Shown: positions 17,485-27,232 of the stretch, in pieces | Numbering within the stretch: position 1 is the stretch's first letter | Layout: every line of letters begins with the position of its first letter | From: Escherichia phage ph0021 | Length of the DNA: 64,000 nt | Strand: one strand, 5' to 3' | Sequence record: OP557970.1 | Notes under the pieces: generated by a model | The model's database searches: none | Told to the model about the DNA's origin: nothing | What the model saw: the letters and a program-made list of their open reading frames with translations, nothing else | Program-made: the position numbers and the translations under genes

Positions 17485-17560
17485 TGGTCGAGGCAGTAGG
17501 GATCGAACCTACGACCTAGGACTTAGAAGGTCCTTGCTCTTCCTTCTGAGCTATGCCCCG
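17485..17560 (-). tRNA. tRNA-Arg (anticodon UCU), CCA encoded
   Basis: Hand-folded cloverleaf: 7-bp acceptor, GCUCAG D-arm, anticodon loop CUUCUAA, T-loop GGTTCGATC, discriminator A. Confidence 0.8.
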
Positions 17561-17564
17561 TAAT

Positions 17565-17640
17565 TGGGGTGACCGATGGGAGTCGAACCCATGACTACGA
17601 GAATCACAATCTCGAGTTCTACCAACTGAACTACGGCCAC
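17565..17640 (-). tRNA. tRNA-His (anticodon GUG), CCA encoded
   Basis: Hand-folded: anticodon loop UUGUGAU, discriminator C73; no G at -1 encoded (U at -1). Confidence 0.7.
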
Positions 17641-17754
17641 ATTAATACCTACTCCAACAATCAAGATGTCTTCACACGAAATTAAGAGAAGAGTGATCAG
17701 TTCAACCCCTATAATCGCGTCAAGTAGATATTAATGTGACAGTTGTCACAAATT

Positions 17755-17829
17755 TGGCGGACGTGATAGGATTCGAACCTATAACCAATCGCTTAACAGG
17801 CGATCGCTCTGCCATTGAGCTACACATCC
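17755..17829 (-). tRNA. tRNA-Asn (anticodon GUU), CCA encoded
   Basis: Hand-folded: anticodon loop CUGUUAA, discriminator G73, T-loop GGTTCGAAT. Confidence 0.75.
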
Positions 17830-17833
17830 AAAT

Positions 17834-17920
17834 TGGTGGGGAGTGATGGAGTCGAACCACCCGAGTCGCAATGACAATGGATTTACAGTCCACACCGCTA
17901 CCTCTACGGGATAACTCCCC
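17834..17920 (-). tRNA. tRNA-Tyr (anticodon GUA), type II, CCA encoded
   Basis: Hand-folded: anticodon loop CUGUAAA, long variable arm, discriminator A73. Confidence 0.75.
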
Positions 17921-17929
17921 AAATTAATT

Positions 17930-18004
17930 TGGTGGCCCTGGGTGGAATTGAACCACCATCTGGCGATTATGAGTCGCTTGCTTGAACCTTCCAGCTACAG
18001 GGCC
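17930..18004 (-). tRNA. tRNA with CAU anticodon (Ile by analogy to T4, or Met)
   Basis: Hand-folded: anticodon loop CUCAUAA; sits next to tRNA-Thr where T4 has tRNA-Ile. Confidence 0.7.
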
Positions 18005-18005
18005 T

Positions 18006-18081
18006 TGGTGCTGATTGACGGAATCGAACCGCCGACATCCTCATTACAAGTGAGGTGCTCTACCTACTGAGCTAAATCAGC
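18006..18081 (-). tRNA. tRNA-Thr (anticodon UGU), CCA encoded
   Basis: Hand-folded: anticodon loop CUUGUAA, 7-bp acceptor GCUGAUU/AAUCAGC. Confidence 0.8.
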
Positions 18082-18086
18082 AAAAC

Positions 18087-18176
18087 TGGCGGAGGCGATA
18101 GGATTTGAACCTATGAGTCGCCGGAGCGACTGCCGGTTTTCAAGACCGGTGCATTAAACCACTCTGCCACGCCTCC
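18087..18176 (-). tRNA. tRNA-Ser (anticodon UGA), type II, CCA encoded
   Basis: Hand-folded: anticodon loop CUUGAAA, long variable arm, discriminator G73. Confidence 0.8.
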
Positions 18177-18178
18177 AG

Positions 18179-18252
18179 TCTCCGTGGCAGGATTTGAACC
18201 TACGACATTCTGCTCCCAAAGCAGACGCTCTACCAAACTGAGCTACACGGAG
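18179..18252 (-). tRNA. tRNA-Pro (anticodon UGG), CCA not encoded
   Basis: Hand-folded: anticodon loop UUUGGGA; 3-prime end abuts tRNA-Ser 2 nt away (Pro-Ser dimer as in T4). Confidence 0.8.
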
Positions 18253-18262
18253 TAAATTGAAT

Positions 18263-18336
<74 letters not shown>

Positions 18337-18341
18337 AAATT

Positions 18342-18428
18342 TGGTGCGAGAAGTGGGACTCGAACCCACAAGGAAATCATTCCGCAGCATTTTAAGTGCT
18401 GTGCCTTTACCAATTTGACCATTCTCGC
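18342..18428 (-). tRNA. tRNA-Leu (anticodon UAA), type II, CCA encoded
   Basis: Sequence GCGAGAATGGTCAAATTGGTAAAGGCACAGCACTTAAAATGCTG... recognised as T4-like tRNA-Leu. Confidence 0.85.
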
Positions 18429-18429
18429 G

Positions 18430-18502
18430 CTGGGAATAAAGGACTCGAACCTTTGCATCTAGCAGTCAAAGTGCTATGCCTTACCAACTTGGCTAATTCC
18501 CA
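18430..18502 (-). tRNA. tRNA-Gln (anticodon UUG), CCA not encoded
   Basis: Hand-folded: anticodon loop CUUUGAC, U1-A72 pair, discriminator G73; 3-prime end abuts tRNA-Leu (Gln-Leu dimer as in T4). Confidence 0.8.
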
Positions 18503-18588
18503 ATTATTAACAAAGGCTCTTAAGCAAGAACCCTTGATGATAGAGGGTATTAATCAGTACGATATGAGTTAATAATAACAAATAATTC

Positions 18589-19104
18589 TTAAAGCAAATT
18601 AAACATTTTAACGGTCGGCAAAACAATTTCTTCTTCTATATAAGAGTATTTAACACTCTCAACTACACGCAAAAAATCATAATCATAATACTCAGAAGCA
18701 TTACCTAAAATATTAATAAGTCCTTCAAGCACTTTATTACCATTCACAAAAAATAAGTCAAATACACGTTCTTCATCTTCTTCAGATTTATTACCAAGAT
18801 CAACTTCTATGCGAAAGACCTTTTTAATGAATTCTGGATAAAGCTGGTCTGAGAACAGTCCTTCAACCAAGTATTCATAAATAAAAAGAGATTGCTCGCT
18901 GAACAAACCATTACCGCAATAGCGCTCAATTTTAGTACTAGAATATCTGCTTTTAAATTTCTTTAAAAGATACTGAAATTGTAAGATTTCATGCTCTTCT
19001 ACGCCAAACAGTGTTTTAGTTTTATAGTTGTCACCATCATTTTCCCAGGTAGTGACATCAATTACGTAACCCTGCGGAATTGTAGTACCTAAACAAATAT
19101 TCAT
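18589..19104 (-). CDS. Hypothetical protein (171 aa)
   Basis: ORF in the variable block between the tRNA cluster and the ipI-like gene. Confidence 0.5.
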   Translation of the reverse strand: MNICLGTTIPQGYVIDVTTWENDGDNYKTKTLFGVEEHEILQFQYLLKKFKSRYSSTKIERYCGNGLFSEQSLFIYEYLVEGLFSDQLYPEFIKKVFRIEVDLGNKSEEDEERVFDLFFVNGNKVLEGLINILGNASEYYDYDFLRVVESVKYSYIEEEIVLPTVKMFNLL

Positions 19105-19394
19105 TTGCTCACCATATTAATGTAAGTATATTTAATACATTCAAGACCCAAAGGATTCTTGAAAATATCATATTCAAGAGGACCTTTTTCCGTTTCAATA
19201 AAGAAATCAAAGTTAACTGTGTTAAATTTACGGTCTTCCTTCACTAATTTAACTTGAGAAGATGAACGGTCAATGTAAACCTTTTCAACTTCAAAACATG
19301 TTAAAATGCCATAATCATCAATCAAGGCTTTAGCTGCTTCTTGATCATATTTATATCCATTTTCAATGGATGATACTTTCGCATAAAGAATCAT
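19101..19394 (-). CDS. Hypothetical protein (97 aa)
   Basis: ORF with 4-nt overlap to the downstream ORF. Confidence 0.5.
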   Translation of the reverse strand: MILYAKVSSIENGYKYDQEAAKALIDDYGILTCFEVEKVYIDRSSSQVKLVKEDRKFNTVNFDFFIETEKGPLEYDIFKNPLGLECIKYTYINMVSK

Positions 19395-19396
19395 TA

Positions 19397-19795
19397 TCAG
19401 CCTTCATCAACAATAGTGTGAGTATTGGCATTTACGATTTGCCACCAGTCAAAGCGATTAGAACCCATCGGTTTGTTTTCATTTTCTTTGATAATGTCAC
19501 GGAGTTCATCTTCAGAGAATGCTTTAGCGATTAAATCGGTATACCCACCACGGGGATAATAATTATCACCTGCAAACAAAAGGAAATTTACCTTCCCGGA
19601 AGGAACATACGCTTCCTTAGGATACTTGTTTCCTGCGTGGTCAACCACTTCAATATAACGGTAAGGAATATCGGTTCTTTCAACCCATTGCCATGCCGCT
19701 GCAGGGGAATCGAAAGCATCTACACCTAAACGATTATCTTCATCTTTAGACGGATTATTTTCGTAATCCGCATATACATAATATTCAACGTTCAT
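19397..19795 (-). CDS. Hypothetical protein (132 aa)
   Basis: ORF; no motif recognised. Confidence 0.5.
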   Translation of the reverse strand: MNVEYYVYADYENNPSKDEDNRLGVDAFDSPAAAWQWVERTDIPYRYIEVVDHAGNKYPKEAYVPSGKVNFLLFAGDNYYPRGGYTDLIAKAFSEDELRDIIKENENKPMGSNRFDWWQIVNANTHTIVDEG

Positions 19796-19980
19796 TATTC
19801 ACCTTTAGAAATTTTATCCATAACGATAGCAATTAAACCAATTAAAAATGCTACTACAAGTGAAAAAACATTTTCTGCCGTAGTCAATAATCCGCATATA
19901 AATCCAACAAACATTGAAAAACTGAAAGCGGAAGCAGAAATTGCAATAGCAACATTTCGAATTAATTCACAACGTTTCAT
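19795..19980 (-). CDS. Small membrane protein (61 aa)
   Basis: ORF 19795..20121 trimmed to ATG at 19980 after GAGGAG; hydrophobic core AIAISASAFSFSMFVGFICGLL...LVVAFLIGLIAIV. Confidence 0.5.
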   Translation of the reverse strand: MKRCELIRNVAIAISASAFSFSMFVGFICGLLTTAENVFSLVVAFLIGLIAIVMDKISKGE

Positions 19981-20008
19981 TTTATTCTCCTCAGTAGTTG
20001 ATAGGGTA

Positions 20009-20038
20009 ATAGTATCACTACCCCATCTAAAAGTAAAC
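20009..20038 (-). promoter_or_regulatory. Early promoter (GTTTAC, 18 nt, TACTAT) with -10 inside an imperfect inverted repeat
   Basis: -35 at 20033-20038 abuts the ipI-like stop; inverted repeat GATAGGGTA/TACCCCATC flanks the -10. Confidence 0.45.
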
Positions 20039-20272
20039 TTATTTTTTACGAAAAATTGATTTATTTTCTGCTGCCCATTTTTCAATAACTGCAGCAGGAC
20101 CAGTAACAACAATTTTATCACCGTAATCTTCTGCGGCGAGTTGACCGAAATTATCTAATGCATCACGAAGAACTCCATGAGGCATTTCACCCATTTTATC
20201 TTTCTTGCCAGTGTAAATAAACTCAACTTTTACATCAGCAGTTTCAGCAATAAATTCTTGGTAAGTTTTCAT
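20039..20272 (-). CDS. Internal protein I-like (capsid-targeted, candidate injected anti-restriction protein)
   Basis: 77 aa from ATG at 20272; N-terminal MKTYQEFIAE, the canonical T4 internal-protein leader; ipI position upstream of 57B. Confidence 0.6.
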   Translation of the reverse strand: MKTYQEFIAETADVKVEFIYTGKKDKMGEMPHGVLRDALDNFGQLAAEDYGDKIVVTGPAAVIEKWAAENKSIFRKK

Positions 20273-20306
20273 TTTGATTTCCATTTGGTTTTGTTTTGAT
20301 AGGGTA

Positions 20307-20336
20307 ATAGTATCACAACTAAAACCCTATGTAAAC
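20307..20336 (-). promoter_or_regulatory. Early promoter (GTTTAC, 18 nt, TACTAT) with inverted repeat around the -10
   Basis: -35 at 20331-20336; 7-bp inverted repeat ATAGGGT/ACCCTAT flanks the -10. Confidence 0.45.
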
Positions 20337-20348
20337 AACTTTGTGAAA

Positions 20349-20606
20349 TTATTTTAAATCTTCTAATCGTTTCTTCATCTTAGAACCATTTTTAGCAATT
20401 TCTCCTGCATCGGAGCATAATGCTAAAAGTGCTTTAACTTTAGTTTGGTCTCCTTTAAAAGATGAAGGATCGACCGCAGCAGCAAGTTCTTTAATACGAG
20501 AGAAAAGACGCTCAGCTTCAGCTAAAGCCATTCCAAGCTTTACTTCCATACCGTGGGAAGATTCAGTGATAGTAGTTTTTGTAACAAACTCTTTGAAAGT
20601 TTTCAT
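20349..20606 (-). CDS. Internal-protein-like small protein
   Basis: 85 aa; N-terminal MKTFKEFVTKTTITE resembles the internal-protein leader. Confidence 0.5.
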   Translation of the reverse strand: MKTFKEFVTKTTITESSHGMEVKLGMALAEAERLFSRIKELAAAVDPSSFKGDQTKVKALLALCSDAGEIAKNGSKMKKRLEDLK

Positions 20607-20636
20607 TTTATTTTCCTAATTAATTTTGATGAGGTA

Positions 20637-20666
20637 ATAGTATCACTACCTCATCAGCACGTAAAC
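20637..20666 (-). promoter_or_regulatory. Early promoter (GTTTAC, 18 nt, TACTAT) with perfect 9-bp inverted repeat around the -10
   Basis: GATGAGGTA at 20628-20636 and TACCTCATC at 20646-20654 flank the -10 at 20637-20642. Confidence 0.45.
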
Positions 20667-20678
20667 AACTTTGTGAAA

Positions 20679-21363
<685 letters not shown>

Positions 21364-21364
<1 letters not shown>

Positions 21365-22089
21365 TATAGTACCTTTAGTGTATTTTTAATTTTAGAAAAA
21401 AGTTCTTCAAGAGAACCATCGTTTGTAATTACTAAATCGCCATCACGAATTGGCAATCCAGCTTCTGTAATATGTGTATCATTGGATTTTTGACCAGGAC
21501 GAACTACATGAATTACTGTAGCACCCATCGCCCTAGCCGCATCCATTTCATGATCTTGACGGGTATCAGGAACGATATAATAATCATAACCTGAGTTAAA
21601 TTTATCAAGATAATCTAAAGCAAATAATTTTACCCAGTACATGCGGTCGAAGTTATTAACAATCAAATCCGTACCTAGGGCTTGCATCAGACGACGGACT
21701 GACCATTGATCTTCAATATTATTTATAACGTCAATAATCTTGTTAAATGCTACGGAATTAACTGATTCTTGTCCTTCGTCATCAAAAACAAACACACTTT
21801 TAATTGGGCTTTTACCATTAAGATAGCAAAATGCTTGTTCCATAATCGTGATTACTTCTAATTTAGTTAGATTTAAATTAGTCTCACGATCATAGTCAAT
21901 TCCTTCAAACTCTTTACGAGTTAAGCAAGGATAGTCGGTATTTGCAGCAAATACTCCCCATGCATAAGCCAATGCATCCTTAATAGGACCAGCAAGTTGG
22001 TATTTAACTGCAGAATAATTGCTCATGATAAAATCAGCAGTAGTATCTTTTCCACTACGCTTTACACCGCTTAAAAAGATTAGTTTCAT
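21364..22089 (-). CDS. 1: Deoxynucleoside monophosphate kinase
   Basis: 241 aa; P-loop GVKRSGKDT; T4 gp1 length and position. Confidence 0.9.
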
Positions 22090-22138
22090 ATGTTTCTCCT
22101 CAAATTTAGTTAAGATTATAACACATGAAACTGAAGCA

Positions 22139-22669
22139 TTAAACTTCCGCTATAATTTTTCCATCTTTTTCTACTTGAAAATACGTATAAGGAATCGTTG
22201 CTGTACATACTAAAGCCGGGTCTGAATCTTCTGTGTAGCTAAATTCTACTTCAGATAGGTCAGAAACCCAAGGCTTATAAAAATTTATTGACATCACGAT
22301 TTCAGTTTTGCTATTATCTAAAATGTAAAGCGTAATGTATTCAGGACCTGTTTTTTGGGCAGTATTTTCACCTGTAAGATAGTTGCTAGTTCCTAGCATC
22401 CATTCATACATTCCTATCCATGACTTAAGTTCTTCATCAACTATAAATCTCACGATGAGTGGATCGTACTCAAATGTAGCACCTGGACGTTGTGCTCGGC
22501 CCAGTCCAAACGGCCCAGTCACGGTATCAGTAACAGGTATTCTAATTCCTGGAATAGGAACTGACTGAGCATTTAAAGTAAAAGCAGATGTAGTATTACT
22601 ATGTGGTATTGATACTACAAAGTTAGTTGTATTTGCTTGGTTAAAAATTTGTTGTAGTGCTTGCGACAT
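22139..22669 (-). CDS. 3: gp3 tail tube terminator (sheath stabiliser)
   Basis: ORF 22139..22750 trimmed to internal ATG giving 176 aa, the T4 gp3 length. Confidence 0.8.
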   Translation of the reverse strand: MSQALQQIFNQANTTNFVVSIPHSNTTSAFTLNAQSVPIPGIRIPVTDTVTGPFGLGRAQRPGATFEYDPLIVRFIVDEELKSWIGMYEWMLGTSNYLTGENTAQKTGPEYITLYILDNSKTEIVMSINFYKPWVSDLSEVEFSYTEDSDPALVCTATIPYTYFQVEKDGKIIAEV

Positions 22670-22775
22670 ATATTCCTCATAATGCTTTATAACTGTTGGT
22701 GGTATAATGGGTCTAAGTCCCTTCCATTCAATTCCATTTAGAACAAACAACAGAAAAGAATGGAAGATAATAGAA

Positions 22776-23600
22776 TTAGATATTTGACCAGACTTTGTTT
22801 GCAGAGAAACGTTTTCCTTTTGAAACGAACTGCTGAAGTGGCATTAACACAACGTTCGCCCAGTCTTTCGGGGCGATTTCAACAAGGCTACCCATAATAT
22901 TACCAGGTATATATGCCTTAATCATTTGGTCTGCACCCCTAAATCCTTTCACTTGACTCCAATCAATTTTTAATTTCGTTTTATTAGTAATAGTAGGTGT
23001 ATTTGCATATTGCTTTAAAAGCTCTTCTAGAAATTGCTGACGAGCTTTAGGTGGAATATAGTGCAGGTTTAATCCGTACATTAAATTATGCTTACCTAAA
23101 CCAAGATAAATTATCAAAGGAAATTTATCCCAGTAAGGAAGAGTTTCCTTGTGTTTAGCATCATAAGCAAAAGCATATATTCGTCCCGGCTGCGGGCGAA
23201 CAACTTTATGTCCTTTTACTTGCTTAATAGTTTCAGCAAACCACTTTCTGGTTTTATTATTAATTGCTGCACCTTCATTACGAATTTTATCGCGCAATGT
23301 TTGTCTGAATGAATTTATCATAAGCAGTTGTCTTTCTTGCTTATTGAGCTTATTCATTGGTTTTGATTCAAGCTTTTGAATCTTTTCAGCTGTTTTAATT
23401 CCTGAAGCATATTTTGACATTGCCGAAGTAAACGTAGAGTATTTGATTCCTCTTTCTTCAGCAAATTGTTTTCCTGTCATTCCTTTTGCTTTGGCCTTTT
23501 TATATTCAAGACCTATTTGAATCCATTTCTTTTCGTTTAATGATTGCTTAACCTTTGGAACTTGGGGAGTGCTTTCATTAATTATTTGAAAAATAGCCAT
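22776..23600 (-). CDS. 2: gp2 DNA-end protector protein
   Basis: 274 aa, T4 gp2 length and position. Confidence 0.85.
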
Positions 23601-24052
23601 TATGCCCCCTTAAAGCCAAGAGCTCGTAATCCATCTTCTGTTAAAATTCTAAATTTTATTCCACGCTTTTCAGCTAAAGCTTGCGCTGCTTTCCATTTGT
23701 CAGTGTTCACAGACCAGGTATAAATTTCATTCATAAATCTTTTCTTCGCTGCGGTTGTTAGATGTGCTGGTTTAACTGGTGGTTGTGTTTCTTTTTTAGG
23801 TTTTATTTCAATAAAAAATTCTTGTCCAGAAGAATCTTTCATCCAAATATCCATGAAGTATCTACGTTTTTTCCCTTCTGCATTACAAAAATAAGGAATT
23901 ACTGCTGTTTCACTACCCCATGCAATAATTTCTGGATTTTTATCTAACCATTCAAAAAAGAATTTTTCCCAATTTGATCTATACGTAATTTTTTTAGGGT
24001 CACCTCTATACTTTGATATATTTTTAGGAACCCATTTTCCAGAATATGCCAT
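23600..24052 (-). CDS. 4: gp4 head completion protein
   Basis: 150 aa, T4 gp4 length and position; overlaps gene 2 by 1 nt. Confidence 0.85.
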
Positions 24053-24063
24053 TGGATTCTCCT

Positions 24064-24086
24064 TATAAATAGATAATATATTTATA
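24064..24086. promoter_or_regulatory. Divergent pair of late promoters (TATAAATA on each strand)
   Basis: Plus TATAAATA at 24064-24071 for gene 53; minus TATAAATA at 24079-24086 for gene 4. Confidence 0.6.
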
Positions 24087-24099
24087 AACAGGAGGGCCC

Positions 24100-24690
24100 A
24101 TGCTCTTTACATTTTTTGATCCGATTGAATATGCGGCCAAAACGGTGAATAAAAACGCGCCGACTATTCCTATGACAGATATTTTTAGAAACTATAAAGA
24201 CTATTTTAAACGTGCTCTTGCGGGATACCGCTTACGTACTTATTATATTAAAGGTTCACCACGCCCGGAAGAATTAGCAAATACTATATATGGAAATCCA
24301 CAGTTGTATTGGGTTTTATTGATGTGTAATGATAATTATGACCCGTATTATGGATGGATTACTTCGCAAGAAGCTGCTTATCAAGCATCTATACAAAAAT
24401 ACAAAAACGTAGGTGGAGACCAAATAGTATATCATGTGAATGAGAACGGTGAAAAATTTTATAATTTAATATCATACGATGATAATCCATATGTTTGGTA
24501 TGACAAAGGCGATAAAGCTAGAAAATATCCTCAATATGAAGGAGCACTTGCTGCTGTTAATACGTATGAAGATGCTGTTCTTGAAAATGAAAAACTTCGT
24601 CAAATAAAAATAATAGCAAAATCAGACATCAATTCATTTATGAACGACCTTATACGTATAATGGAGAAATCTTATGGAAATGATAAGTAA
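24100..24690 (+). CDS. 53: gp53 baseplate wedge protein
   Basis: 196 aa, T4 gp53 length and position. Confidence 0.9.
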   Translation: MLFTFFDPIEYAAKTVNKNAPTIPMTDIFRNYKDYFKRALAGYRLRTYYIKGSPRPEELANTIYGNPQLYWVLLMCNDNYDPYYGWITSQEAAYQASIQKYKNVGGDQIVYHVNENGEKFYNLISYDDNPYVWYDKGDKARKYPQYEGALAAVNTYEDAVLENEKLRQIKIIAKSDINSFMNDLIRIMEKSYGNDK

Positions 24691-26401
24691 TAACCTTAAT
24701 TGGTTTGTTGGTGTTGTTGAAGATAGAATGGACCCATTAAAATTAGGTCGTGTTCGTGTTCGTGTGGTTGGTCTGCATCCACCTCAAAGAGCACAAGGCG
24801 ATGTAATGGGTATTCCAACTGAAAAATTACCATGGATGTCAGTTATTCAACCTATAACTTCTGCAGCAATGTCTGGAATTGGAGGTTCTGTTACTGGACC
24901 GGTAGAAGGAACTAGAGTTTATGGTCATTTTTTAGACAAATGGAAAACTAACGGAATTGTCCTTGGCACGTATGGTGGAATAGTTCGCGAAAAACCGAAT
25001 AGACTTGAAGGATTTTCTGACCCAACTGGGCAATATCCTAGACGTTTAGGAAATGATACTAATGTATTAAACCAAGGCGGAGAAGTAGGATATGATTCGT
25101 CTTCTAATATTATCCAAGATAGCAATCTAGACACTGCGATAAATCCTGATGATAGACCGCTATCAGAGATTCCAACTGATGATAATCCAAATATGTCAAT
25201 GGCTGAAATGCTTCGCCGTGATGAAGGATTAAGACTAAAAGTCTATTGGGATACAGAAGGATATCCGACAATTGGTATTGGTCATCTTATCATGAAGCAG
25301 CCAGTTCGTGATATGACTCAAATTAATAAAGTTTTATCGAAACAAGTTGGTCGTGAAATTACTGGAAACCCAGGTTCTATTACAATGGAAGAAGCGGTAA
25401 CTTTATTTGAACGTGATTTAGCTGATATGCAACGTGACATTAAATCACATTCTAAAGTTGGCCCAGTTTGGAAAGCAGTTAATCGTTCTCGTCAAATGGC
25501 GTTAGAAAATATGGCATTTCAGATGGGTGTTGGTGGTGTAGCTAAATTTAACACAATGTTAACTGCTATGTTAGCAGGAGATTGGGAAAAAGCATATAAA
25601 GCCGGTCGTGATTCATTGTGGTATCAACAAACAAAAGGCCGTGCATCCCGTGTTACCATGATTATTCTTACGGGAAATTTGGAATCATATGGTGTTGAAG
25701 TGAAAACCCCAGCTAGGTCTCTATCAGCAATGGCTGCTACTGTAGCTAAATCTTCTGACCCTGCTGACCCTCCTATTCCAAATGACTCGAGAATTTTATT
25801 CAAAGAACCAGTTTCTTCATATAAAGGCGAATATCCTTATGTGCATACAATGGAAACTGAAAGTGGACATATTCAGGAATTTGATGATACCCCTGGGCAA
25901 GAACGATACAGATTAGTTCATCCAACTGGAACTTATGAAGAAGTATCACCGTCAGGAAGAAGAACAAGAAAAACTGTTGATAATTTGTATGATATAACCA
26001 ACGCTGATGGTAATTTTTTGGTAGCCGGTGATAAAAAGACTAACGTCGGTGGATCAGAAATTTATTACAACATGGATAATCGTCTTCACCAAATAGATGG
26101 AAGCAATACAATATTTGTTCGAGGCGATGAAACTAAGACGGTTGAAGGTAATGGAACTATCCTAGTTAAAGGTAATGTTACTATTGTAGTTGAAGGTAAT
26201 GCTGACATTACAGTTAAAGGAGATGCTACCACTTTAGTTGAAGGAAATCAAACTAATACAGTAAATGGAAATCTTTCTTGGAAAGTTGCTGGAACAGTTG
26301 ATTGGGACGTTGGTGGTGATTGGACAGAAAAAATGGCATCTATGAGTTCTATTTCATCTGGTCAATACACAATTGATGGATCGAGGATTGACATTGGCTA
26401 A
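24674..26401 (+). CDS. 5: gp5 baseplate hub subunit with tail lysozyme domain
   Basis: 575 aa; internal lysozyme domain MAEMLRRDEGLRLKVYWDTEGYPTIGIGHL paralogous to e; C-terminal VxGxxxxx beta-helix repeats. Confidence 0.95.
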   Translation: MEMISNNLNWFVGVVEDRMDPLKLGRVRVRVVGLHPPQRAQGDVMGIPTEKLPWMSVIQPITSAAMSGIGGSVTGPVEGTRVYGHFLDKWKTNGIVLGTYGGIVREKPNRLEGFSDPTGQYPRRLGNDTNVLNQGGEVGYDSSSNIIQDSNLDTAINPDDRPLSEIPTDDNPNMSMAEMLRRDEGLRLKVYWDTEGYPTIGIGHLIMKQPVRDMTQINKVLSKQVGREITGNPGSITMEEAVTLFERDLADMQRDIKSHSKVGPVWKAVNRSRQMALENMAFQMGVGGVAKFNTMLTAMLAGDWEKAYKAGRDSLWYQQTKGRASRVTMIILTGNLESYGVEVKTPARSLSAMAATVAKSSDPADPPIPNDSRILFKEPVSSYKGEYPYVHTMETESGHIQEFDDTPGQERYRLVHPTGTYEEVSPSGRRTRKTVDNLYDITNADGNFLVAGDKKTNVGGSEIYYNMDNRLHQIDGSNTIFVRGDETKTVEGNGTILVKGNVTIVVEGNADITVKGDATTLVEGNQTNTVNGNLSWKVAGTVDWDVGGDWTEKMASMSSISSGQYTIDGSRIDIG

Positions 26402-26930
26402 TATACTTCCAATGAGCGCTGATTTAGGAGAATCCATGGAAGGTTCTTCTATCGACGTCACCTTTACCGCTCAATTAGAAACAGGTGAAACGTTAGTATC
26501 TATAAATATAACTAGTTACGAAGAAACTCCTGGGGTTTTAGTAGAAGAAAATCGCTTATATGGAACATATGAATCTGTATTTGGTTTCGGAAATGACGCG
26601 TTGAAATATCGTTTAGATGATGAATTTAAAACTGCTGCTTCATGGGAAGACCTTCCAACTGATTCTAATACTCAGTTATATTTATGGAAAGCTCCTCAAA
26701 ATCTCCAGAAGACATTCACTTACGAAGTAACATTAATATATGACTACCAAGAACAAAGTGAATCTGGAGGTTCTGGCAGTAATTCTAGGTCATCTTCTGA
26801 TACTACTGAACCGACTGATCCTCCTGCTCCAGTAAGAAAAACTCTCGTTAAAAATTATACTAAAACTATAGTTGGAAATTGGAGTCGTTGGGCTAATAAA
26901 TTGAGAAGCTATGTGTATGAGAGGTCATAG
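26373..26930 (+). CDS. Gene 5.1-like hypothetical protein
   Basis: 185 aa ORF between genes 5 and 5.4. Confidence 0.6.
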   Translation: MMDRGLTLANILPMSADLGESMEGSSIDVTFTAQLETGETLVSINITSYEETPGVLVEENRLYGTYESVFGFGNDALKYRLDDEFKTAASWEDLPTDSNTQLYLWKAPQNLQKTFTYEVTLIYDYQEQSESGGSGSNSRSSSDTTEPTDPPAPVRKTLVKNYTKTIVGNWSRWANKLRSYVYERS

Positions 26931-27224
26931 ATGTCAGGATTAAGTTATGATAAATGTGTTACTGCTGGTCATGAAGCATGGCCTCCAACAGTTGTGAATG
27001 CTACACAAAGTAAAGTATTCACTGGAGGAATTGCTGTTCTCGTAGCAGGTGATCCAATTACAGAACATACAGAAATTAAAAAGCAATATGAAACACATGG
27101 CGGAGTGACACAACCTAGAACTTCTAAGGTATATGTCACAGGAAAGAAAGCTGTTCAAATGGCTGATCCAATATCATGCGGTGATACTGTGGCTCAGGCA
27201 TCATCTAAAGTATTCATTAAATAG
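26931..27224 (+). CDS. 5.4: gp5.4 PAAR-repeat spike-tip protein
   Basis: 97 aa, T4 gp5.4 length and position. Confidence 0.85.
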   Translation: MSGLSYDKCVTAGHEAWPPTVVNATQSKVFTGGIAVLVAGDPITEHTEIKKQYETHGGVTQPRTSKVYVTGKKAVQMADPISCGDTVAQASSKVFIK

Positions 27225-27232
27225 GATTTAAA

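Noticed and set aside
26040-26330. Periodic repeat in DNA near the 3-prime end of gene 5
   Set aside because: Reflects the VxGxxxxx beta-helix repeats of the gp5 needle at protein level, not a DNA repeat element or CRISPR array.
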